Below are positions 1 through 9,200 of a stretch of 64,000 bases of DNA, in pieces. Where the stretch lies: NCBI GenBank assembly GCA_965219455.1, contig OZ244744.1:3616001-3680000 (forward strand), in the 5' to 3' direction. The stretch comes from Candidatus Latescibacterota bacterium. GTDB taxonomy: Bacteria; Latescibacterota; UBA2968; GCA-2709665. Both the position numbers and the translations under genes were made by a program. The notes under the pieces were generated by a model that saw only the letters and a program-made list of their open reading frames with translations, did no database searches and was not told the DNA's origin. Each line of letters starts with the position of its first letter. Within the stretch, counting starts at the first letter, position 1.

Positions 1-3000
1 CCGGAGAAAGAGCCGGGCGAACCGCCCTGGGTCGGCCCTGGTAACGACTCCCAATTCTCGAGCGAGTTCAAAAGTCCCGCCGACGATTGTTTCGTTTTCC
101 GGCTCTATATGAGCGTTATGTCGGTGATATTTTTTGATTGCAGCAAGCCATTGGTCGTCTGACATCTTTGTCACCGCTGACTGTGGGACCGGCGACTCGA
201 TAGCGTCACTGCTTTTCTTATCTGATTTCGGAACCCTTACTGAAGAAAACTTCCGCTGCAATTCTGCCAATCGCTTCGCGCCGAGAGAGGAAAGCAGGTC
301 ACTCCCAATAGTCTCCAATATGTGCCATTGTTCTTGTCCGGAACGTCCGAGCGATTTCAATGCGTTGCATTTTGTTACGAAACAGGATTTGTCCTCGCCG
401 TTCGACCGGATCATACCCATAATCTGGGTCGCTTCCTCCAACTCGGGGTGATGATTCAGAATGCGTTCCTCCACGATTTGAATGGAATCGCGGTTCACCC
501 TGACCACGGATCGGGCTGCGGTGGCGAATGAATTCCATTCGGCATGCTCATAGCCTGCCTTGAAGAGATGTGGCACGTCGAGTAAACCCTCAAAGCGATG
601 TCCCAAGCCGTCTGGATTAGCTCTTATGGTCTCGAGGTGTAAATGCGTCATTACCTTGTGGAGTTTCGGGTCAATTTTACCGAGACGAACTTCCGCCTCG
701 TTGGGAGACGTAGCAGCGAGATTGCAGAAAGCTTTCCGATAAAGCGACAACAAAGCGTCGGGTCCACCCTCGGCGTCAGGATCGTGGCGAATTCGGATAC
801 GGCTGCTGTATGAATCATCGTTCGAATCAATCTCAGCGGACTCTACGAGCATTGGAATCATCGCATCCAGAAAGACCGCTGGCGTAATATTGACCACTTT
901 CGACATTCCGCTAACGTTGCCTACCGGTCTTGACACGTATTTGAACGGATGGCTGCCAGGGTTCTCCTTGAACCATTGGGCGAAGAGTTGCTTGACGACT
1001 CCCATTGCCATCTCAGGTTCGGTTTCCCAAAGGGGACGCAGAAGGCTCATGCGGCCCATTAGATCGTCTTGCTGGGAACCTCTATCGGATCGGGAACAGA
1101 TCACGTCGCACAGCAGAGCAGTGAGCGTCGGATCCTTTGGAATCCGGCGCCATCGTTGGAACCATACCGTAAGCTCACCAGTTCGCGCTGGGTCATCGCG
1201 CCACCATCGCCTTAAGACCAATGCGACCGCACCTGGACGGTCGCGGGAGATATCAGACAGCCACCCGAGCATACAATGGCGCCTTGGACTCGACGCTCCC
1301 TCCAGTATGCGAGACAGTTGGCCGCCTTCGTCTAGAAGATCAAACCACGCGTCTGAAACGAACAGAGCCCTGCGTATCAGGATGGGGAACTCTTCAGCGT
1401 CGTCGTCAAGCGACTGGATGATATTCAACTCGTCAAGTGTCGCATCATTGACGGTAGTAAGCCAGTACGATACGGCAAGTTTGACGTGAAGTCGGACTTT
1501 GCAATTGGTCAAGACTTCGGCAAGAGTTCTTAGGTAGCGAGGCCTATCAGTGTCACGCATAGAGTTCAGGATCTGACGCACCTGGGTGCGCCGGAAGAGA
1601 TGCTGCTCCGTGGAAGTTAGGAATTCAATGATATCCTGATTGGAGCGTACGAAGGAGCGTGCAAAAATGAAATCAAAAAAGCTCTCATGAAAAAACGCCA
1701 GCCGATGTTGCTCGGTGACGATTAACCCTTCCGAGGACAGCAAGTCTTTTGCGCCGTCGAATTCATTGAGGACAGCGTCGGGGCAACTCAACTCCTGCTT
1801 TTCGCTCATCCATTCAGCCATCGCACATAACGGAGCCTGGACGTTCCAGGCGATATTTCGGTCTCTTCTGAGATCGCGAGTTTTCTTTTCGAGCAGCCCT
1901 CGCATCAGTGCGGTACCGGTCGTGAAACCCAATGTCGGATCGCCAATTTCAAGAAATACGGCCAAATGTAGAGGCAGACATAACAATCGTCTCTCGCTTC
2001 TTGTGAAGCGTTCGGCTGAAACTCCGTTATGTGTAAGAATTGGCGCAACATCATCGTCCCACGAGAGGGGCTTAACTTCCACCCGTTTAGACTGGCCTTC
2101 CTGTTCTAACTCGCGATATTGCGGGTCGTTTTCGAGATCGAAGCTGCGACACACCAGAAGGCACCGGACGTCTCCGTATTGCCGGGTCTCCCGAAACAGT
2201 TCGAAAAGGATGTCCTTTATAGCGCTCGTTCTTCCGGAAACTTCGCTGACAGCATCAATCTGGTCAATAATCAGGACGGAAGTCTTCCCCTCAGAGAGGT
2301 TTTCCAACGCACTTACAGGGCTCTCGTCACGGTTCAGAACGGCAGTACTAAGTTCCTTGATTGACTGACAGGAAAGGTGACGATCAATCCTGAACGCAAG
2401 GTGAGGGACCGCGCTGTCCGTCAAGCCGGCCACGACTTCCCGCACGACACCGGACTTGCCGCAGCCAGCCTCCCCCGTCACGAGGATCAGTGACGGACCG
2501 TCTGGTGACTGCAATTCGACAAGAACGTCTTTGGCTTCGGCTCTCGGAATTTGTCCGCCCGCTACGCCGAATGGCGTGTAGCTATTTAGATATCGGTGGT
2601 TTGCTGCGTCAACGTCTTCGCGAAGTGTAGGATCGAGGGAGCCGGGACGAAACGTGAACGGGCTACTTGTGCTGATCCATTTGCGAGCGACTTCGGTTCT
2701 GATCGGAACATTCAGGTTGTTGACCAGATAATTCGAAAGAGAGGCAAAGATATCTGCATTGCCCTTGAGCAAGTGCCGACCGTACCATTCGATTGCTTCC
2801 GCTATCGATTGTTCGGACTCCGTTCGGAACTCGCATCGGCGCAGCCATCCGAAGCCAACCTTATCGTCGACATCCCACATCTGCAACAGATCATCGAAAG
2901 CCTTACCTTCCTCTTTCGCGATTGCTCCCCGAAACTCGTGTAGATCATTCGCCATCCTCGCCTTGTTGCAGAGTTCCCGCAATTGTCGGGCAGGGTCTTG

Positions 3001-3306
3001 AGAGACGAATATACATTTGGCAGTGGCATCGGATGAAAGGCGACTCTTGAATGCCTCGATCAAACCCTCTCTGTAGAGGGCGGTCGGCGTCCAGTTACCT
3101 CTCGGGGCGTTAATTTTGGTCTGATGCCACTCCACGAGGTCCGGTCGATGGAGGGCGAACTCGAACCCGCGAAATTCTCCTGGTACACCCTCGTATCGGA
3201 TCGCGTTCGCCTTGCCATCAATCACATTGAGAAACTTGCGAACCGTCCACTTGCGTTCGTATTCGTTTCCCAGTTTATTTGCAAAACCGCCGCGAAACGC
3301 CATCAT
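1..3306 (-). CDS. Avs-like antiviral STAND NTPase with N-terminal PD-(D/E)xK-type nuclease (partial, continues beyond the left window edge)
   Basis: Manual minus-strand translation from ATG 3306 (RBS GAGGAAG) stays open to position 1 (>1100 aa). N-terminus MMAFRGGFANKLGNEYERKW...GFEF...EWHQTK; Walker A GEAGCGKS at about 2452-2475; Walker B VLIIDQID; FFHESFFD and QHLFRRTQVRQIL; helical C-terminal part. Absent from the ORF track because there is no stop in the window. Confidence 0.8.
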   Translation of the reverse strand, partial: MMAFRGGFANKLGNEYERKWTVRKFLNVIDGKANAIRYEGVPGEFRGFEFALHRPDLVEWHQTKINAPRGNWTPTALYREGLIEAFKSRLSSDATAKCIFVSQDPARQLRELCNKARMANDLHEFRGAIAKEEGKAFDDLLQMWDVDDKVGFGWLRRCEFRTESEQSIAEAIEWYGRHLLKGNADIFASLSNYLVNNLNVPIRTEVARKWISTSSPFTFRPGSLDPTLREDVDAANHRYLNSYTPFGVAGGQIPRAEAKDVLVELQSPDGPSLILVTGEAGCGKSGVVREVVAGLTDSAVPHLAFRIDRHLSCQSIKELSTAVLNRDESPVSALENLSEGKTSVLIIDQIDAVSEVSGRTSAIKDILFELFRETRQYGDVRCLLVCRSFDLENDPQYRELEQEGQSKRVEVKPLSWDDDVAPILTHNGVSAERFTRSERRLLCLPLHLAVFLEIGDPTLGFTTGTALMRGLLEKKTRDLRRDRNIAWNVQAPLCAMAEWMSEKQELSCPDAVLNEFDGAKDLLSSEGLIVTEQHRLAFFHESFFDFIFARSFVRSNQDIIEFLTSTEQHLFRRTQVRQILNSMRDTDRPRYLRTLAEVLTNCKVRLHVKLAVSYWLTTVNDATLDELNIIQSLDDDAEEFPILIRRALFVSDAWFDLLDEGGQLSRILEGASSPRRHCMLGWLSDISRDRPGAVALVLRRWWRDDPARTGELTVWFQRWRRIPKDPTLTALLCDVICSRSDRGSQQDDLMGRMSLLRPLWETEPEMAMGVVKQLFAQWFKENPGSHPFKYVSRPVGNVSGMSKVVNITPAVFLDAMIPMLVESAEIDSNDDSYSSRIRIRHDPDAEGGPDALLSLYRKAFCNLAATSPNEAEVRLGKIDPKLHKVMTHLHLETIRANPDGLGHRFEGLLDVPHLFKAGYEHAEWNSFATAARSVVRVNRDSIQIVEERILNHHPELEEATQIMGMIRSNGEDKSCFVTKCNALKSLGRSGQEQWHILETIGSDLLSSLGAKRLAELQRKFSSVRVPKSDKKSSDAIESPVPQSAVTKMSDDQWLAAIKKYHRHNAHIEPENETIVGGTFELARELGVVTRADPGRFARLFLR

Positions 3307-3472
3307 GCTTCCTCATCGAAATCAATGACTCCGCCGGCACGGAAAACGCATCAGTCAGTTGACGTGTGTCAGAAAACTGTTTGGGCGTCGACGCCACCAA
3401 AGTTCTATATTCCAAGACAGCAATAATGGTCCAGATCGAACAGACCCTGTAAACTGGTTAAATTTAGTATTG

Positions 3473-4768
3473 TCAATCGCTTATAAAGAATTCTTCCCCC
3501 TCAAAGTCCTTCCCCAACCAGTTCCAGAAATCTTGATTGAATATCGACAAAAGTCTTGAGGGTATCTCTTCGACATCCAAAGCATATCTCGGGAATTTTA
3601 TATTCGATATCTTCGGGGCGAGCTTATCTACCTCCCTATAATCTCGGTGAGCTTCTGCCATTGTAATCATCGCCTCTAAATTTCGATTATTGGGGTACCC
3701 AACCCGACCTGGTTTCCCTACTGCGCAAATCTCCACGTCTAGACCGAATTCCGCCATAGGTGCCGTTGACTGGCTTCGGATATGGTTCGCCCAAGCTAAG
3801 GTATTGGCGAACAGAACGAGGGGTAGATCTGGACCGAGAAGCGATACCTGACTGCATGCCGCAAAACCTAATTCAAGCAGACCGTCACAATGAAGTTCCT
3901 GATATCCTATGTGCGCATGCTCATTTCCAGACAGTTGAATATCGGCTCTGGCACCACGAAGAATCGGCCTCCAATTCGTAGGCGGAAATCCGTCTAGGCT
4001 CTTAAGGCGGCGACTGGATCCAACTTCGGATACTGTGCGCCACTGTGACCACAGATCATCGATTATCTTACCTTGTCGATAGACGCGATCGAACCGGAGT
4101 TCCTCTCCGACTGGAAGGGCAGTAAACCGCAATCCGAACGCATCGCCGGGGGTTGCCAACAAATCAAATTCACGCCTAAAGCGCTCAGATCGTTCCTTAA
4201 GTCGTTTATCAAAGCGTTCCATTCCCCTTGATACATTCAGTGTCATATCCTGGATCTCCCGCATCGTCATACTTTCACATCGATCTCCTTGGCGAACTGT
4301 ACATTTGAGAGTTCCCTTAACACGATGTGGCGCGAGCCTTGATCGCCCAACGCGAATTATAACGACACCGCTTTCGCTGTCAGTTGGAATTGCGAACACT
4401 TCCAGATTCGGAATTTGCGGTTCCACACAATCTCGAAACTTCAGTTTGAAGCGTTCGACCAACTCGAAGCATCGCGGGACCGGCGTTATTTCAGCCGCGA
4501 CTGGAGGTTTGGATTCGGACTCTCTGATACCGATCAATAGAGCGCCACCATGAGCATTTGCAAACGCGACGGCCTCCTCAAGTACCTCGTCTCTGGCTCC
4601 TTCACCGACCTCATTCTTCCCGAGGATCCACGGATCCGGTGAATTTTTCCTCCTTCGCAAGCTTTCTTTGAATTCAATCTGCTCGCCCTCCGGAACTTGC
4701 GTTTCGATGAGCGCCTTGATGTCATTCATGCCAATTTGATCGGCAGGTTTGGAAATTACGTTAAACAT
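3473..4768 (-). CDS. Schlafen/AlbA_2 domain protein with uncharacterised C-terminal domain
   Basis: PEGEQIEFKE and AVAFANAHGGALLIGI are the AlbA_2/Schlafen signature; 431 aa. Confidence 0.85.
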   Translation of the reverse strand: MFNVISKPADQIGMNDIKALIETQVPEGEQIEFKESLRRRKNSPDPWILGKNEVGEGARDEVLEEAVAFANAHGGALLIGIRESESKPPVAAEITPVPRCFELVERFKLKFRDCVEPQIPNLEVFAIPTDSESGVVIIRVGRSRLAPHRVKGTLKCTVRQGDRCESMTMREIQDMTLNVSRGMERFDKRLKERSERFRREFDLLATPGDAFGLRFTALPVGEELRFDRVYRQGKIIDDLWSQWRTVSEVGSSRRLKSLDGFPPTNWRPILRGARADIQLSGNEHAHIGYQELHCDGLLELGFAACSQVSLLGPDLPLVLFANTLAWANHIRSQSTAPMAEFGLDVEICAVGKPGRVGYPNNRNLEAMITMAEAHRDYREVDKLAPKISNIKFPRYALDVEEIPSRLLSIFNQDFWNWLGKDFEGEEFFISD

Positions 4769-4833
4769 TGATCTTCTACCTTATGTCGTATCGATGCCAG
4801 TTTCGTAATATCATTGCCCAGTTATAATTCAGT

Positions 4834-6261
4834 CTACCTGAAGTTGTACCAGTCAGGGTCAAGAGGCTGACCACGCCAGGAGAGAGGCTTGCCGCTAACG
4901 GAGTCGCGGGTCCCCTCAAGGTGCGGCGGGCGTACGGGGTCGGCTTGCGCCTGGTCAAGTTGGTCCTGAGTCAAGGCTGTTTCGGATCTGATAGAGGATC
5001 CCTTGGAAAAATCTGCACCACTAAGGTTTGCCCGTTCCAAATTTGCGCCCGATAGATTTGCACCACTCAGCTCTGCAGCACTCAAATTCGCGGCCCTCAG
5101 ATCTGCCCTGCTTAGATTCGCATTTGTGAGTTTCACCTGAATTAGCTTAGCCGCAGCCAGTTGCGCCCCTGTAAGGTCCGCCCCAACCATGTTTGCTCCT
5201 CTCAGGTCCGCTCCCTCCAAAAGAACCCCTACCAATTTCGAGGTGAACAGCTTCGTACCCCACAGGTTTTGGCTAGCCAAATCGACCGGCCCCAGTTCGG
5301 CGTTGCGCAAATCTGCACCCGTCAGGTTTGCACCGCTTAAGTTCACGCGTCTCATATCCGCTTTGCGGAGATCCACACCGGGCAAATATGCAGCGCTCAA
5401 ATCAACCCCCGGCATTGATACATTTGAGAACTGGGCGCTCCAAAGCCTTATCCGACACAGATTGGCTTTGGTGAAGTCTATATTTGAGAAGTTCACATGT
5501 TGAAGAGTAAGTCCACCCAGTGAGACATCAGCCAGATTCAGCCTAAAATCGTATTCTATCTCCAGAGCTATTTGTTCTTCGCTCCGTTCGGCGATTAACC
5601 TCATAACCTCTTCCACGTCCTTTGCCAGCCTGGGCGGACGCGGAATCGTCCCATTGACCGCCAGGTAAAAATCGTACGAAGATTGCTGCGCGGGATTCTC
5701 GGCAATATCGCGACTCTCTTCCTTTGTCTTTAATGATGCCGATTGGTCCGTATTCTCGTTTCTTCCTGCTCCCGAATCCACTAAAGCGTCGCATTTTTCC
5801 GGCGCCTCACCGGTAGTCGTCTGGTCCACCACGAACGCCGAGAAAAGTTGGATGACTTGCAGATGAAAGACCTCCCGATATTCCCTGGCAAGACGTCCCA
5901 GCGCGTAAATTCCGCCGAGGCGAACCGACCGGATTTCGGGATGGCCAAGCATTTCAGCGCCCTTGTGGAAGCGCTCGTTCAACATATTTTGAAGCGCTAA
6001 TTCGGACTGGCGCTGCGCAGCGTCGGCTTGGCGCTCAGCAATGATACTGCGCCAGATTCCAAGCGGAAGAGCAACCGCTGCGGCAATGACTAGACCCAGA
6101 TTACGGAGGGTCGCGCTAGCTGATTCGCTACCGGACAGCCAACACGGAAACAAAACCCAGATGGTGATTCCTGCAGCGAGCAGCAATAACGTCCACGCTA
6201 CGATCCACCACTTTGCCGAAGCTGGTTTAATGAAATGTTGCAGCCATCCGAATCGAATCAT
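4834..6261 (-). CDS. Pentapeptide-repeat protein with two N-terminal transmembrane helices
   Basis: Two hydrophobic segments, VRLGGIYAL motif and a long A(D/N)Lxx repeat tract; start overlaps the stop of the Type ISP gene (ATGA). Confidence 0.9.
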   Translation of the reverse strand: MIRFGWLQHFIKPASAKWWIVAWTLLLLAAGITIWVLFPCWLSGSESASATLRNLGLVIAAAVALPLGIWRSIIAERQADAAQRQSELALQNMLNERFHKGAEMLGHPEIRSVRLGGIYALGRLAREYREVFHLQVIQLFSAFVVDQTTTGEAPEKCDALVDSGAGRNENTDQSASLKTKEESRDIAENPAQQSSYDFYLAVNGTIPRPPRLAKDVEEVMRLIAERSEEQIALEIEYDFRLNLADVSLGGLTLQHVNFSNIDFTKANLCRIRLWSAQFSNVSMPGVDLSAAYLPGVDLRKADMRRVNLSGANLTGADLRNAELGPVDLASQNLWGTKLFTSKLVGVLLEGADLRGANMVGADLTGAQLAAAKLIQVKLTNANLSRADLRAANLSAAELSGANLSGANLERANLSGADFSKGSSIRSETALTQDQLDQAQADPVRPPHLEGTRDSVSGKPLSWRGQPLDPDWYNFR

Positions 6262-9200
6262 GCGGTGGCCTCATTTGAACTCGCTTGAAACGCCTCCGGC
6301 AACCCCTCAACTATGTGCACGGTCTCGACGCTAACGTGCACGATCCTGCGAACGGCTGCAACCAGGTCTCGCGGATCGTCGAACCAGCCATTGGGGTCGT
6401 TGACGATGCCGCTTGTCGCGTCGCGCTTTATCCGGTAGCGGTCGATTAACCACTCGAGAGGTGTCCGCCCGTTGACCTGGTATCGATGCGGCTCCGCTGG
6501 AATGCCGCGCAGGCTCACATGCTCGTTGATACGCAGAACCGTCTTTTCATCATCTTCGAATTTCATCGCTCGCTCGCCCAAACGGAGATGCTGTGTTCGC
6601 GGCTCGCCGGGTTGAGAAAACACGATGTCGAGCGGATATTCTTCGCATGTTTCATAATTGAGATGTAATTCCGTTAGCCTGCGCCCTGCCTCCGAAAATG
6701 CATGAAAGTCGGGAGCGAAGGGAATACGCGGCAGTTCCTTTGCCAGATCGTTCTCGAATTGCTCGCGGTAGCCCGAATGATGGAGTATGCCGTATACGTA
6801 GTCGAAAATTGCATCCTTGCTGATGAATCCGTCTTTATAATGCACACGAAATGCGTCGAGCGCTGTATCAGCAATATTGTCAATGTGCTCAACACCCTGG
6901 CGATTGTATTGAAGGCCGCCATCTGTGCTCGCATACCGGAAACGAGGGAAGCACTGCCCCTTCGATATCAGTTCAAGGTCCGGCATCATATCGACGACCA
7001 GGGTTGAGAACGGCTTGGTCGAGCCCACGCCAGGAACGCAGATTGCACGGTTCCGATCGTCAGCTGTCGGGAATATTTCCCCCGTCAGCGCTGGACGTTG
7101 AGCGAACGCCGTGTCGGCGTAGAGATGCTGTTTAACGAACGGTCGAAAAGCGACTCCACGAACGTAGCTTTTTGAGAATTTTGCTGGTGAATTCCGATAT
7201 AGTCGTCCCTTTAGCCTCTCGTCCCAATGCAGATTTGAGGAACAGAGCCTCACGATTTCATCAATCGTATAATTGGGGCGCTCTTCACAGACCAGAATCG
7301 CATCCTGATAGTTGCGGACCATTGAACGGGCATTCTCAATGCACCCATCGAATGCAAAGTTGTAGACATAGGCGTCACGCCCAGTCTTGTAGCCGTTGCT
7401 GAATAGCTTGAAGATCGCTTCGGCTCCAACCTTTCCCGCCTTTGCATCCTTTGTACCCATTGGATAGAGCTTCTGAAACGCCTCGTCGCGCTGGCCGATC
7501 CAGTCGTGATGTCGGTCTGGTGTGATCTCTTGCCAATCTTGGATTCCCGCGATCGAACCCGCATCCCGCAGGTTAGCCAACTTCTCTTCACGGCTGAGAT
7601 AGTTACCAATGTCGCGGTAGAGGATACGACACCCTTCAGGTCCGGCACCTGGGTTCCGAATCAGTATCGTTATGGCCACAGGCGCTCGGGATCCCTGCCC
7701 GAATACCTTTCCGCCCTCCTGGCGCGATCGCTCGCCTTGTGTCCGCTGGTTCCCACGCAGGTTCACCACGTAAACCGAACTGAACTCCTCTGTCAGGCAA
7801 GCGCGGACGCCCGAATCCACGTTTCCGTCGATATACGAACCGTTGGTCACAAAGGCGACGACGCCCTGATCGCCGATTCGGTCCGATGCCCACCGGATCG
7901 CCATTTTGTAGGTGTCGTATAGGCTGTTTTTTAACGTCGCCCTGGAACGTACAGCATAGGTATCTGATACCCGTTGTTCTATCTCTGGATAGTCCACGTT
8001 GGGGTTGTCGTCCGCCGAGCTTCTTTGTCCCGCCGACCATGGCGGATTGCCGACGATGACCTGGATCGGAGTGTTCTGCTGGCGTTCCACGCGCTCGCTG
8101 TTGTCGGGCAGCCAAACCCTTGGAAAGCCTGTCCTGTCCGTATGCAGATTGAATGTATCGGTCAGCACGATGCCGTCGAAGGGCTCATAGGAACTTTCGG
8201 GTCCGCGCCGGCCGTGAAACGCCTCTTCGATATGAATCGCGGCGATGTAATAGGCGAGAACGACGATTTCGTTGGCGTGGAGTTCACTGTGGTACTTCCT
8301 TGAGAGGTCGGAATCACGGATCAGTGCTGACTGTAATAACCGAACCAAAAAGATTCCTGTGCCCGTGAATGGATCCAGGACGTGTACACCCTCATCGCTT
8401 AGCGAACGACCGAATTGCTTGCGTAATACATAATCTGCGCTGTTCAGGATGAAATCCACGATCTCGACCGGCGTGTAGACAATGCCGAGGCGGTCCGCGT
8501 CTTTCTTGAGCGCCGTGGCGAAGAACCTTTCGTAGAGTTCCATCAGCACGCGTTGGCGAGCTTCGCTGTTGTCTAAGCCACGGGCGCGCATACGGACGCT
8601 ATCGTAAAAGCGTACCAGATCCCGGGTTTCATTTTCGAGGCCGAACTCACCGAAGTCCGCCCTTAAGGAATCCAGCGCCTGCGCCACCGGGTTGCCCGAC
8701 GCAAAATCGTAGTGCTCAAACAAAGCCTCAAAGACAGGCCGTGTCAGGATGTGTTGAGCCATCATGTCGATGGCGCTGTCGGTGGTAATCGACTCGTTGA
8801 TCGAGACCTTGAGTTCCTCGTGAAATGCCTCGAACCATTCGCGCAGGGTCTCGTTGCCTGGCTGAGCGAGCAATCGTTCGATTCGCGTTACAATCCTTGA
8901 GAAGATGTCAGCGACGTCCTTCGCCCACGTTTCCCAGTATTTCCGGTCACCGCACTTCTCGACAATCTTGGCGTAGATGGCGCCCGGCGGCAGGTCGAGA
9001 GGTGGAAATGCCAACTCCGGCGCGTCTTCCAGCGCCTCTCCATCGATCCCGTCGCTGAAGATGATCCGGTCGGTCGGAATGTCATTGAGGTCTATCTTGT
9101 TGATCTCGGCGTCGAACCTGTCGTCGTGGGATCGCAACGCGCGCAGTACGCTCCAGACGGCGGCAAACCGCTCGTTATCGTCCAGCGCCGCCGACGGATC

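Noticed and set aside
134-3426. Many short plus-strand ORFs in the ORF track
   Set aside because: They are shadows of the long minus-strand STAND NTPase frame
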